Shown: positions 38,970-48,881 of the stretch, piece after piece
Position numbering within the stretch: position 1 is the first letter of the stretch
How the letters are laid out: each line of letters begins with the position of its first letter
Notes under the pieces: model-generated
What the model saw: the letters and a program-made list of their open reading frames with translations, nothing else
What the model was told of the DNA's origin: nothing
The model's database searches: none
Translations under genes and position numbers: made by a program
Source of the DNA: a virus
Reading direction: 5' to 3' (one strand)
DNA length: 64,000 bases
Virus record (IMG/VR): IMGVR_UViG_3300032334_001950
Span: 1 to 64,000 of that record

Positions 38970-39440
38970 ATGGCCAATGGTGATCAACCGTTTTTATTAA
39001 ATTACACTTCGCCCACTGCAAAAGCAGTCAGAAGCGGGCGATCTCCAGATGCCAATACACTTGGAGTAAATGCACCAACCGTTAATCCAACTTCAATTTA
39101 CGCGGATTTTTTAAAAGGCAGCACCAATGCAGCCAACAAGAATTTTTACGCTCAAGGTTTTGATCCAACAACTGTACAAGCAAAAATTGACCAAGCTGGG
39201 GCTACCCCGAATTTTGGCGGAGACCCTGATCAAGCTGACCCTAAAAATGCAAACAATATCACAGCGCAAAATTTTCTAAATAACTATCAAAAAGGGGTTC
39301 AAGTGGGCTTAGTTCCTGATCCAGTAAATCCAAACAACTTGACACCTTTTATGTCAAGGCCTGCACCATATCAAACTGATGATAGACTTGTAGGACAGGC
39401 CGAACCCTTCCCAGGCTCATCAGGGACGAAAATAGGATGA
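38970..39440 (+). CDS. putative virion protein
   Basis: 156-aa Asn/Pro-rich ORF. Confidence 0.65.
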   Translation: MANGDQPFLLNYTSPTAKAVRSGRSPDANTLGVNAPTVNPTSIYADFLKGSTNAANKNFYAQGFDPTTVQAKIDQAGATPNFGGDPDQADPKNANNITAQNFLNNYQKGVQVGLVPDPVNPNNLTPFMSRPAPYQTDDRLVGQAEPFPGSSGTKIG

Positions 39441-39889
39441 ACCCAGAAGAATTAAGAATGGCCGGCGATAAGCTTGGCGCATTTCTAACTCAATTTGGAA
39501 TTGATACAGCTAAAACTGCAGGTCGCGTAGGTGCAGAAGCACTGGGTACCGCTATTGGAAAAAATATTGGCAACCTCATGCCAACTCTTCAAGCGAGGCC
39601 AGCACCTAGTAGTTTAGATAAAGCTCAAGCATACAGAATGCAAACCATGATGCTTGCTCATCAACAGCAACTACAACAAATGGCAATAGAAGAACAAATG
39701 CAAAAACAAAAATACTTTCAACAAATTGGAACAATTCAAGCGCGGCATCAATACGATCAACCCAGCATGCCAGCTCCGCAAGCTTATTCTGGGATGGGTA
39801 TTGGCAACATGAGCAACCCATCAATGGATATGAATCAGGTTTACTTGAATGCTCTTAATGCCCCACGCGCCCAGAATAGGATCTTTTAG
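39437..39889 (+). CDS. putative internal virion protein (RMAG motif)
   Basis: Gln/Met-rich; LRMAGDKL near N-terminus. Confidence 0.65.
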   Translation: MNPEELRMAGDKLGAFLTQFGIDTAKTAGRVGAEALGTAIGKNIGNLMPTLQARPAPSSLDKAQAYRMQTMMLAHQQQLQQMAIEEQMQKQKYFQQIGTIQARHQYDQPSMPAPQAYSGMGIGNMSNPSMDMNQVYLNALNAPRAQNRIF

Positions 39890-39924
39890 AATAAAATGAC
39901 AAAAACTGTTTTTGGTAAAAAATA

Positions 39925-40371
39925 ATGGCTGCTTGGGATAGCGTGGGTTTTGATCCAGGAACCTTTACAGATCCGGGTTGGGGATCTATTGATCAAGGAA
40001 TTTTTGGCGGCAGTGGCTCAGCACCTGATTGGACAGGTGGGCAGAATTACTGGGATAAGGGGCCAATTGATACGTCCCCGATGGGAGGGACCGCAGGATT
40101 GTATGGCGGCGGTGGTTACGACTGGGGCGGTGTTTTTGGCAGTCTTTTTAAAAAAGCTGCACAAAATGCATTATCTTTTGGTGATGCATCTGGCCAACAA
40201 TCTAGGCGAGCAGGATCACAGGGAGGTGGGCAATGGGGTGGAACCAGCTCGACGAGTCTTGGCGGCGGTAATACCCTTATTACCACCGGAGGAGGATCGC
40301 CCTTTGTGGTCGAAGGGATGCCCGCAAAGCAAACACGCATAGGTCTTGGTCCCCTTTCAGTTGCGTTCTGA
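39925..40371 (+). CDS. Gly-rich putative virion protein
   Basis: Low-complexity Gly/Trp ORF. Confidence 0.6.
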   Translation: MAAWDSVGFDPGTFTDPGWGSIDQGIFGGSGSAPDWTGGQNYWDKGPIDTSPMGGTAGLYGGGGYDWGGVFGSLFKKAAQNALSFGDASGQQSRRAGSQGGGQWGGTSSTSLGGGNTLITTGGGSPFVVEGMPAKQTRIGLGPLSVAF

Positions 40372-40457
40372 GTTTTTGGATCATTGACCGTAATAGAAAA
40401 CTCGTGTTTTTTCTAAGAGTTGCTTACACTAAAATACATAACATAAGGAGTTGACGT

Positions 40458-41258
40458 ATGTGGCCCGCACTGTTTGAATTGCCCACCCTTGGTGAAGCAG
40501 CCCTACCTATACTTACCGGAATTGGCGCATTTCTCGGTAATCTTGGTGAGACCAGGGATCCCCTTAAGGCCTTATCAACAGGCGCTTTGACTGCTGGAGG
40601 CTCCTTAGTTGGTGGGCGTGCATTGGGTAAATTGGGTCAAGCAGGTGCCACAAGAATGGCACAAGCAGCCGGGGATGTTCCTGGACTTGTGACGCAAGGT
40701 ACAGGGAATGCAATGCGCATTACAGATGCTTTCCGTAATGCTCTACCTACCGCTGCGACGGGCCTAGGGCAATGGGGTGGCGGCAAAGTAGCAGAAAGCG
40801 TTGGCGGTGCGGTAACAGGTGCTTTGCCTTCAGTCGGTCAACTTTGGGGTGCAGGTGGGGCAGCGGTAAATGCACTTAAGCCTGGACAAACGCCTTACAC
40901 AGGTCTTTACCCTCAATATGCAAATCAACTGCCCGGCATGGTAAACCAGTATACCGATGCAGGTATTCCCAGTATGTACGACCCATTCAAAACACCGCAA
41001 GGAATGCTTGCTTATCAAGGATTGATGAATGCTCAACAACTGGAGAACGCGAGGCAATTTGGAGCGATGGGTTCCGCTCAAGCTCTTCAAAATAAATATG
41101 CAGACATGCCGCTTGAGCTTGCTGGTGCCAAAGCAAGGGCTAATCTGCTACTGCAAACCACAATGATGCCCAATGCACAGCAAAATGCAGCTAATATGGC
41201 AAATACGGCCTTGAGTAATGTGCTGCAATCAGCTGTACAACGTGGTGGATATGTGTAA
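40458..41258 (+). CDS. putative ejection protein with Gly-zipper helices
   Basis: Gly/Ala-rich hydrophobic N-terminal half, Gln-rich C-terminal half. Confidence 0.6.
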   Translation: MWPALFELPTLGEAALPILTGIGAFLGNLGETRDPLKALSTGALTAGGSLVGGRALGKLGQAGATRMAQAAGDVPGLVTQGTGNAMRITDAFRNALPTAATGLGQWGGGKVAESVGGAVTGALPSVGQLWGAGGAAVNALKPGQTPYTGLYPQYANQLPGMVNQYTDAGIPSMYDPFKTPQGMLAYQGLMNAQQLENARQFGAMGSAQALQNKYADMPLELAGAKARANLLLQTTMMPNAQQNAANMANTALSNVLQSAVQRGGYV

Positions 41259-41260
41259 TC

Positions 41261-41836
41261 ATGGCTCTTGTTGACTGGTCAAATCTGTACACGCCAGCAT
41301 CATTGCCGTCCGGTACATCATTTGCAAAAACTTTTGCAAAAAAACTAAATGTACCAATCTTGGCGACATATCAACCTGGGGCCACGTCACTTGATCCTGC
41401 TGCCAATACTATCGCCTCAGGTTTTCCCACGCAATGGACGATTCCTCCGACGGGTGTAGATACTGGAACTGGTGCCAGAAATGCGGCTGCACCCGATTCT
41501 GCCTACCTGCAAGGATTGCTGCAGCAGTTTGCTCCGCTATCCCCCAGTGAATTATTAGATTACCAAGGGCAAGCATATAGGCAAGCACATGAATTGGCTT
41601 TGGGTTACGGCCCCCAATACAGCGCACAAGCTTATCAAAATAAGCTGAATGACGCTGCACTTGCCCTGAGCTACCAGCAATCCTCACCGATGGATCGGCA
41701 GGCAATTGCACAGTCAATTCAAAATCAAAAATACATGGGCGACTTGGGGGAAGCTGCGATGGGAAAAACTATAGCGGAGATGCAACTGGCTTCTAGGCCC
41801 CCTGCCTATCGTGGTACAACCTTCCAAATTGGTTGA
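41261..41836 (+). CDS. putative virion protein
   Basis: 191-aa ORF in structural cluster. Confidence 0.6.
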   Translation: MALVDWSNLYTPASLPSGTSFAKTFAKKLNVPILATYQPGATSLDPAANTIASGFPTQWTIPPTGVDTGTGARNAAAPDSAYLQGLLQQFAPLSPSELLDYQGQAYRQAHELALGYGPQYSAQAYQNKLNDAALALSYQQSSPMDRQAIAQSIQNQKYMGDLGEAAMGKTIAEMQLASRPPAYRGTTFQIG

Positions 41837-41882
41837 TCCCGATTTAATTTTGCTATACTACACATACTGAGGTTCTATTCAA

Positions 41883-43616
41883 ATGGGCGGTTCTCCTCCG
41901 GCTCCAACAATTATCCAGGCGCCACCGCCGCCGCCCGTTTCAACACAAAATACATCTACTCAGTCGTTACAAACACAGACGGCTCTAGATGAAATAAGCG
42001 GACTGCAACAACGATTAAATATGACGCTTGGTTCACAATTGGACCAAGCCAATAATGCGTTTTTTACTGATCAAAATATCAGGCAAACGCAAGCAACTGG
42101 TGCCGAAGCACGCACAACTTTACAAACTCAAGGCGAACAGCAGCGCCTTGGTATGCAAACGCAATACCAGGGAGAAGCTAATTTAGCTAATCTCCAAGGT
42201 CAGTATGCGCTTGCAGGTACCCAAACCCAGGTTGGTGGCCAAAGAGATGTAGCCAGTATTCAAGGTGCTTATGGCCTATCTCAAGCACAAACACAGGCCG
42301 AAGCACAAAAATCTGTTGCAGGTACGCAAGCTGGCGCACAAACAAAGACCGCTGAAATTGGGGCAGGTGCTCAACTAGGCACCGCGCAGATCTCGGGCCA
42401 ATACGGCCTACAACAAGCACAAACTGCAGCAGAAGCTCAAAGGGCCGTTGCAGGAACACAAGCTGGCGCACAACTAGGTGTTGCAGGCATTACAGGGCAA
42501 TATGGCCTTCAGCAAGCCCAGACCGGAGCAGAAGCACAAAAAGCGGTTGCTCAAACTGCGGCCGGTGCTCAACTAGGTACCGCGCAGATTTCGGGCCAGT
42601 ATGGATTACAGCAAGCACAAACTGCAGCTGGAGCGCAACTAGGCGTCGCAGGAATTCAAGGGCAATACGGCCTCCAACAAGCGCAGACTGGTGCCGAAGC
42701 GCAAAAGTCCGTTGCGCAAACCCAAGCCGGAGCCCAGGTAGAAAGCACCCGCATGGCGGGACAATACGGTCTACAACAAGCCCAAACAGGAGCAGAAGCG
42801 CAGAAATCCGTTGCGCAAACGCAAGCCGGCGCTCAACTAGGTACCGCGCAAATCTCAGGTCAGTACGGGCTACAACAAGCGCAGACTGGTGCGGAAGCAC
42901 AGAAATCCGTTGCACAAACGCAAGCAGGTGCTCAACTAGGCACCGCGCAGATTTCTGGTCAGTACGGTCTACAGCAAGCCCAGACCGGAGCGGAGGCACA
43001 GAAATCTGTTGCGCAAACCCAAGCCGGAGCCCAGGTAGAAAGCACCCGTATGGCAGGACAATACGGCCTGGCAGAAGCCCAAACTGGCGCAGAAGCACAA
43101 AAGTCTGTCGCTCAAACCGGTGCGGAAGCACAGAAATCCGTTGCACAAACGCAAGCAGGTGCTCAAGTTGGAACCGCACAGGTCACGGGCCAATATGGTT
43201 TAGCACAAGCGCAAACCGGAGCAGAAGCCCAAAAAGCTGTTGCACAGACAGAGGCGAGCGCCCAGAAAGATGTGGCTAGCATCCAAGGTGGTTACGGTCT
43301 TCAACAAACACAAGCGCAAACGGAAGCGCAAAAAGCGGTCGCAACAACACAAGCAGGGGCTCAACTTGGTACCGCACAAATCTCGGGCCAGTATGGATTA
43401 CAAAGCACACAGGCTCAAGCCGAAGCACAGAAAGCCGTTGCTGAAACAACAGGTAAGTATGGCGTAGAACAGACGCGGATGGCAGGCCAATACGGTGTTG
43501 CCCAGACCGCTGAAACTGGGGTCCAACAGCGCCTCACACAACAACAGCAACAAGCGTATGATAATTACAAAGCGCAACGTGATTACCAATGGTCGCAACG
43601 AGCCTACAAAGCGTAA
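41883..43616 (+). CDS. hendecad-repeat Gln/Ala-rich protein (putative DNA ejection tube or pilot protein)
   Basis: 33-aa units AQTGAEAQKSV-AQTQAGAQLGT-AQISGQYGLQQ. Confidence 0.7.
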   Translation: MGGSPPAPTIIQAPPPPPVSTQNTSTQSLQTQTALDEISGLQQRLNMTLGSQLDQANNAFFTDQNIRQTQATGAEARTTLQTQGEQQRLGMQTQYQGEANLANLQGQYALAGTQTQVGGQRDVASIQGAYGLSQAQTQAEAQKSVAGTQAGAQTKTAEIGAGAQLGTAQISGQYGLQQAQTAAEAQRAVAGTQAGAQLGVAGITGQYGLQQAQTGAEAQKAVAQTAAGAQLGTAQISGQYGLQQAQTAAGAQLGVAGIQGQYGLQQAQTGAEAQKSVAQTQAGAQVESTRMAGQYGLQQAQTGAEAQKSVAQTQAGAQLGTAQISGQYGLQQAQTGAEAQKSVAQTQAGAQLGTAQISGQYGLQQAQTGAEAQKSVAQTQAGAQVESTRMAGQYGLAEAQTGAEAQKSVAQTGAEAQKSVAQTQAGAQVGTAQVTGQYGLAQAQTGAEAQKAVAQTEASAQKDVASIQGGYGLQQTQAQTEAQKAVATTQAGAQLGTAQISGQYGLQSTQAQAEAQKAVAETTGKYGVEQTRMAGQYGVAQTAETGVQQRLTQQQQQAYDNYKAQRDYQWSQRAYKA

Positions 43617-44098
43617 CCAACTGGCTGGATAAACTAAGCGAGAAAGACAAAGAATCTTTTTTTGCGTTCTGTAAACAAGTAAGTTCTCCGATACAAATGT
43701 ACCTGTACTCCCGTTTCCTTGGGTTTACGGGTACCATTGTGGAGTGCCATGATTGGGCCAAAGAAAATTACAAGAAGCGTAACTTTGCCGCCATTATGGA
43801 AGAAGAAATTGATGCCATGCAACAGGATATTGCAAAGTTGCGTGATGCCATTGATATGGGCATGGTCAAGCAAGATATGGGAACCTCCCGTATTGCCATG
43901 CTTCAAAAAGAATTACGCGGCACCATTAAGCAATTAAACGATGAAAAGCACCTAACCGATAAGCAGGGATTGATCCTCGCTGGCGCAGACCGAGCATTGA
44001 GGGAAATGCTTTTAATCTTTCGTGATGATCCTATTGAAGGGCCCCTTCAAGAAGCATCCATGGCGGTGTGGACCAAAATCCTTCAAGAGGAATCCTAA
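43589..44098 (+). CDS. putative terminase small subunit
   Basis: Helical 169-aa ORF directly upstream of terL (position only). Confidence 0.5.
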   Translation: MVATSLQSVTNWLDKLSEKDKESFFAFCKQVSSPIQMYLYSRFLGFTGTIVECHDWAKENYKKRNFAAIMEEEIDAMQQDIAKLRDAIDMGMVKQDMGTSRIAMLQKELRGTIKQLNDEKHLTDKQGLILAGADRALREMLLIFRDDPIEGPLQEASMAVWTKILQEES

Positions 44099-44152
44099 AG
44101 GCAACTTAAAGGGTTTTGCTGTATGCTGAAGGCAACATACGATTAATCCTGA

Positions 44153-45676
44153 GTGGCGGGCACAAGTCTCTACAGCGTTTACCGCAGGACTGCGCGTGCT
44201 GCAGCAAAACAACAAATTGTAAAGAAAACATCAGATGTAGATGTTGAAAGAGCAAGGACAGATTTTGCTTATTTTTGTGATGTTGTCGGGGACAAACCAC
44301 CAGCGGCGCACCACAAGGAGTGGCATAAATACTTGTGTACAGGACAGGATACCGAATGCTTGATTGGTATAGGTGGCCCAAACGTAGACATACTTAGCCC
44401 CCGTGGGTCAGCAAAAAGTACCGTTACCGGCTTGTTCTGCGCTTGGACAATTGGTGTGCATGCACTACATCAAAAGCCGTTAAAAATCCTGTATATTTCG
44501 TACACAGTTGATGTTGCTCGCCCCAAAAGCGCTGCCATCAAGCGGATCATTGAAGAAAGCAAAACTTATAGAGAAATTTTTCCTATGGTAAAGATTGCCA
44601 AAGGAATCAACAGCAACGAATACTGGAGCATTGATTGGAAGTTTGCTGGCGTTAAATCCACAGGCGAAGAAGAATTTACACTATGCTGCGCAGGCCTAAA
44701 AGGTGCTGTTACCTCTAAACGTAGCCATTTATGCGTGATTGACGACATTTGTAAGTCCGCCGACGAAATAAAAAACCGCGAAATCCGATTGGCAATGGAG
44801 GATAACTGGAACTCTGTTATTACTCCCACTATGTTTGAAGGAGGCCGGGCAATTTGTCTTGGCACTAGATTTCGCCATGATGATATGCACGGCACCACCT
44901 TCATCCCAGAAAAAGATTGGATTCAACTGGTGCAGTCAGCGATCATTGTGGATGAGTCAGGAGAGGAATCATCCTACTGGCCAGAAATGTGGTCGCTGGA
45001 ATACCTGCAAGACCGTCGTCGCCAGGCCCCAATCAGCTTTAGTTTTCAATACCAAAATCAAATTGTACAAACTAGCGAACTGTCCTTATCTCCTGATTTA
45101 ATTGTCAAGGGGAAAATACCAACAGAATTTGATCGACTTGGTATCGGCGTAGACCTATCTGCAGGTGTCCGGGAACGCAATGACTACAGCGTATTTGTCC
45201 TCGGTGGTCGTGTTGGCGACAAAGTGTATGTCATTGATTGCAAACGCATCCGGCTGATGGGCAACTTGGAGAAGCTGGAGGCAATGATGGAAATGATGTT
45301 TGAATGGGGCATCGTTTACAAAGAAGGCACCAAGTATATTCCAACAGGAACCAGCGTTGACGTGTGGTCCGAGGCCGTAGCTTATCAGGCATCCCTAGAA
45401 GCCGATTTCAAGCGTATTTGCCTTGTTGAACACGGCCTTTACAATGTTTTATGGCACCCGGTCAAAGGTTTTCGTGGAGACAAAGTAGCAAGATTCCGTG
45501 GCATCATGGGCCTATTTGAACAGCATAAGATCAAATTCAATAAATACCGTAAATTCCAAGCGCTAACGGACGAAATCATCAACTTTGGGGTCAGCTCCCA
45601 TGACGATACGGTGGATGCGTTAGTTTGGCTATGTAATGGCTTGATGGCCAGGGGTAAACTAGAACTGGAATATTAG
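44153..45676 (+). CDS. terL: terminase large subunit
   Basis: PRGSAKST Walker A, CVIDD Walker B, GTRF..DD, GVDLS, HDDTVDA. Confidence 0.93.
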   Translation: MAGTSLYSVYRRTARAAAKQQIVKKTSDVDVERARTDFAYFCDVVGDKPPAAHHKEWHKYLCTGQDTECLIGIGGPNVDILSPRGSAKSTVTGLFCAWTIGVHALHQKPLKILYISYTVDVARPKSAAIKRIIEESKTYREIFPMVKIAKGINSNEYWSIDWKFAGVKSTGEEEFTLCCAGLKGAVTSKRSHLCVIDDICKSADEIKNREIRLAMEDNWNSVITPTMFEGGRAICLGTRFRHDDMHGTTFIPEKDWIQLVQSAIIVDESGEESSYWPEMWSLEYLQDRRRQAPISFSFQYQNQIVQTSELSLSPDLIVKGKIPTEFDRLGIGVDLSAGVRERNDYSVFVLGGRVGDKVYVIDCKRIRLMGNLEKLEAMMEMMFEWGIVYKEGTKYIPTGTSVDVWSEAVAYQASLEADFKRICLVEHGLYNVLWHPVKGFRGDKVARFRGIMGLFEQHKIKFNKYRKFQALTDEIINFGVSSHDDTVDALVWLCNGLMARGKLELEY

Positions 45677-45740
45677 AACTGCCGCACGCCCAAAGTAGGC
45701 TGCAATAAAGTATTCTGGAACTAAACTGAGTAATCACTCA

Positions 45741-45920
45741 ATGAATTACAGCTACTTTCCCATTGAACTGGAACAAGACGGCTACGGATCCGCTGTCTTC
45801 TCCCTTCCCGATGAACTGTGCCACGACATGGGCCTTATTCCTGGCGAGCGCTTTGACATTGAGGTAGAGGACAACGTAATCATGTTCAAACGGCTTGCTG
45901 CTGGATACGAAATTGAGTAG
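45741..45920 (+). CDS. AbrB-like DNA-binding protein (59 aa, below cutoff)
   Basis: Translated by hand: ELEQDGYGSAVFSLPDELCHDMGLIPGERFDIEV. Confidence 0.7.
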   Translation: MNYSYFPIELEQDGYGSAVFSLPDELCHDMGLIPGERFDIEVEDNVIMFKRLAAGYEIE

Positions 45921-45947
45921 GATGAATACACTGCGATTTAACGTGTA

Positions 45948-48236
45948 ATGAGCGAATCAAACACAGTCCTAGATGGAATGCTACGTGCAGCCGTAAACCG
46001 TGAGTCAAACGGTGCGGCAGACACGATGCTGATAAATTCGCATCTAGGTCAGATGAAGATGTTCGGCATCCGACAAGGTGTTGAATTTTACCCCCAGCAA
46101 GATAACTTTGGTTCGCAACGGTTTGATTTTATCCAGCAAGTCATTAAATTTAATAAGTTAGATGCGCGGTTGGATTCCATTTGGGATCGCTTTTTGGCTT
46201 ACGGCAAAGGACTTTTTTATATTCGCCCAACCAAGAAGACCTATCGTTTGTATTGGTTTGATAAAGACGCCTACCGCACCTATTACACCCCGGAAGGGGA
46301 ACTTGAAGAAGTTATTATCATTTACCCGTATAAAGTCAAATCTTCGCGTGGTTTTGGTGGCGTCGGCCTTTCCACGGACAAGCGTTACATGCGTCTACGG
46401 ATTACGGCAACAGAAATTGAGGAATCTCATAGCGAACAAGAATTAAAGTTTGATACGCCTGAGAGCTTTGCGGCGTTAAACAAAACAACCGTAATCAATA
46501 CACTTGAATTTATCCCATGCGTAGAGGTATTCAATAATCCCGACGCATTTGGTACCGAGGGTAGCGGCGAATTTGAATGGCTTGCCAATCAAGTCGTTGC
46601 TCATGATGAAATGGTTAAAAATATCCGCGCAAACCTTTCTTTCTTCGGTAATCCTACACTTCTGTCTTCACGCCCCAAGCAAGACATTATTGAAAAAGCT
46701 GAAGGAGACACAGCGCAACGCCCCAGCATTTCTAGCCAATCAGGTTTCCAATCTGAATTCAGTCTTTCAAGTTCTACTTACAAACAAGATCCGACATCAC
46801 GAAATGCCCCAGGATATATTGGGCGGCCAGGTTCCGGCATGCGTGTCCCCAGGGTTATTGCCAACCTGGAGCCAACAGATCGTGTGGGTTTCATCACGCC
46901 AAATGCGGTTAGTTCGGAACAATCGCGTTATGTTGACCAACTGCGCTCTGAAATCCGCCTAGCGTTAGGTGGAATTGATGATCTAAGCATCCAGAACGTT
47001 ACTGCAACCGAAATCAAATCGGCCTATGGTCGCGTCAGTGCAACAGCAAAGAAAAAATGTTTACAACTATACACTTATGGAATTTGTCGTTGTTTTGAGC
47101 TGATAATCTTTCAAGAAGAACAAATTTTTCGGAAGACCTTGGCGCAATCATTGGGGTTGGTTTATCCGATTCCACCGGAAGATCCCAACGATCCTAAGCT
47201 GGCACTTAAATTCAAACGAGCTAAGACAAAATACGAAACAACTCTACGGGCGGGCATTGATAATGTAATTAATACTAAACAAATTCCGGACGGCGTTTTA
47301 GGTTTGATTCCCGATGGCGATCGAACCATTTGTTGGCGCTGGATGGGGCCGGTTTATGAAGACACTCCGCAAGATAAATTAAATCAGTCAATTTTCACGA
47401 GAAACCTACAAGAATTAGGTGTTGATAGCATTGAAGCACTGAAGTACCTTTTCCCGTCCAAAACTGATGACGAGATTGCAGGAATGCTTTCTGGTTTTCC
47501 GTTTAGAATGGTCGGGGAAGTACAAAGGGCTTATTCATCGTTTATTGACCTGGTCAATTTACAGATGAGGACGCCGCATCCGCAGCAACCCAACCTTCCC
47601 ATGGCTGCGGACCCAAGACTAAATCTCACCCCCTTCCTTTACCGAACTTTAGAGAGTTTACAAAAAGAGGTAACCTATGCAGGCCGATACCGCAGCGCCG
47701 ATCCAATCGGCACCCCAGTCTTACCAGACCCAGCCGACCAGTTACGCGGCGCCGGTAGCCCAGCAAACGGCAGCTCAGGCTCCGATGGTGGCAACAACGC
47801 CTCAGTGGGTGGCACCTTACCAGCCGGTGTCGGCCCCAGCCCCGCAAATGCCGGCCCAGATGGGAGTAACGCCCCAATACCAGCCTACTCAATCGTACCC
47901 CCAGGCGTACCAGCAAGCTCCGGTGGCCCAGCCGGTGTCGGCCCCGGTAGCAGAGAATCCCTACAAGGAAGCGTTCAACCGGGTGGTCGGACTCCTGAGT
48001 TCGCCGGTCCAATTCCCCTTCCAGGGTCAACAGTCCGCGCCGAGTCAACCAACCGTCCCGGCCAATTACAGTTCACAGCCGGCAACCCAGTACAGCAACA
48101 ATCCGTACCAGGCTCCGCTGACCTCTATGCCTGGAGCCAGCAGCAACCAGGTATCCTTCAGCAACTCTTCCCCAACCTCGTTGGAAATCAGCCGGGAACA
48201 GTTGTTGGCAAACGGGGTAAGCCCCAAAAGCCTTGA
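45948..48236 (+). CDS. portal protein with long low-complexity C-terminal tail
   Basis: Position after terL, size, GKGLFYIR and FIPCVEVFN-like portal segments. Confidence 0.75.
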   Translation: MSESNTVLDGMLRAAVNRESNGAADTMLINSHLGQMKMFGIRQGVEFYPQQDNFGSQRFDFIQQVIKFNKLDARLDSIWDRFLAYGKGLFYIRPTKKTYRLYWFDKDAYRTYYTPEGELEEVIIIYPYKVKSSRGFGGVGLSTDKRYMRLRITATEIEESHSEQELKFDTPESFAALNKTTVINTLEFIPCVEVFNNPDAFGTEGSGEFEWLANQVVAHDEMVKNIRANLSFFGNPTLLSSRPKQDIIEKAEGDTAQRPSISSQSGFQSEFSLSSSTYKQDPTSRNAPGYIGRPGSGMRVPRVIANLEPTDRVGFITPNAVSSEQSRYVDQLRSEIRLALGGIDDLSIQNVTATEIKSAYGRVSATAKKKCLQLYTYGICRCFELIIFQEEQIFRKTLAQSLGLVYPIPPEDPNDPKLALKFKRAKTKYETTLRAGIDNVINTKQIPDGVLGLIPDGDRTICWRWMGPVYEDTPQDKLNQSIFTRNLQELGVDSIEALKYLFPSKTDDEIAGMLSGFPFRMVGEVQRAYSSFIDLVNLQMRTPHPQQPNLPMAADPRLNLTPFLYRTLESLQKEVTYAGRYRSADPIGTPVLPDPADQLRGAGSPANGSSGSDGGNNASVGGTLPAGVGPSPANAGPDGSNAPIPAYSIVPPGVPASSGGPAGVGPGSRESLQGSVQPGGRTPEFAGPIPLPGSTVRAESTNRPGQLQFTAGNPVQQQSVPGSADLYAWSQQQPGILQQLFPNLVGNQPGTVVGKRGKPQKP

Positions 48237-48720
48237 GGTAATTGACCATTTTGGTCCCGATGCTGCTCGCGTACTGAATGAGTATTCTTGCAGCCTTGAA
48301 GATCACCTGGTCATCACCAATAACCAGCTGGTGCAGGCTGTAGGTTTGCTGCAAGAATTGTCCAATGAGCATAAGGCATACGAGATCATCCTGACCGATC
48401 CTGATGTCCTTGCTGATTACACTACTCAATTCTTCGGCGAAAACGGCCCCTACCCGATCCCCGATGAGGAGACCGGTTATCGGCCTGCCCCTGTTGTAAA
48501 TACTGGCTATCGTCCTATTCCCACCGCAGCTGCCCCCCAGCAGTTTGAGCGTCCTCAGATGCCCGTTCCCCCTCAGCCCCAGGCTCAGGGCAATCCTGCG
48601 GCCTTCTGGGATAGTTTTGGCACCCTTGCTGATCGGGACCCCGCCAATGCTTGGCGATATTTGAATGCAGCGCAATCCAACCCCGATGTGTTCCGCCAAA
48701 AACTGCTCGTGATGGAGTGA
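47677..48720 (+). CDS. capsid scaffolding protein (putative)
   Basis: GAGGT ribosome-binding site upstream; Pro/Gln-rich N-terminus, coiled-coil core; between portal and MCP. Confidence 0.7.
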   Translation: MQADTAAPIQSAPQSYQTQPTSYAAPVAQQTAAQAPMVATTPQWVAPYQPVSAPAPQMPAQMGVTPQYQPTQSYPQAYQQAPVAQPVSAPVAENPYKEAFNRVVGLLSSPVQFPFQGQQSAPSQPTVPANYSSQPATQYSNNPYQAPLTSMPGASSNQVSFSNSSPTSLEISREQLLANGVSPKSLEVIDHFGPDAARVLNEYSCSLEDHLVITNNQLVQAVGLLQELSNEHKAYEIILTDPDVLADYTTQFFGENGPYPIPDEETGYRPAPVVNTGYRPIPTAAAPQQFERPQMPVPPQPQAQGNPAAFWDSFGTLADRDPANAWRYLNAAQSNPDVFRQKLLVME

Positions 48721-48767
48721 TACTCGGATAACCGATAAACTGGATTTATTGGTAAAACGGATAAAAT

Positions 48768-48810
48768 AAGTGCAGCAATTCCCTTCTTGGTGGAATAGCT
48801 GCACTTTTTT
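48768..48810 (+). terminator. intrinsic terminator
   Basis: AGTGCAGC/GCTGCACT stem followed by a T tract. Confidence 0.75.
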
Positions 48811-48881
48811 CATGCGACAGGTTTAATGAGTTTAAAATAAAAGGTAGCAATACAATCCTAATTGAATCGGGGTTAATACAG

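Noticed and set aside
42290-43450. 99-nt repeats as CRISPR or DGR template/variable repeats
   Set aside because: Differences are mostly synonymous, not adenine-specific; no reverse transcriptase or cas genes in the window
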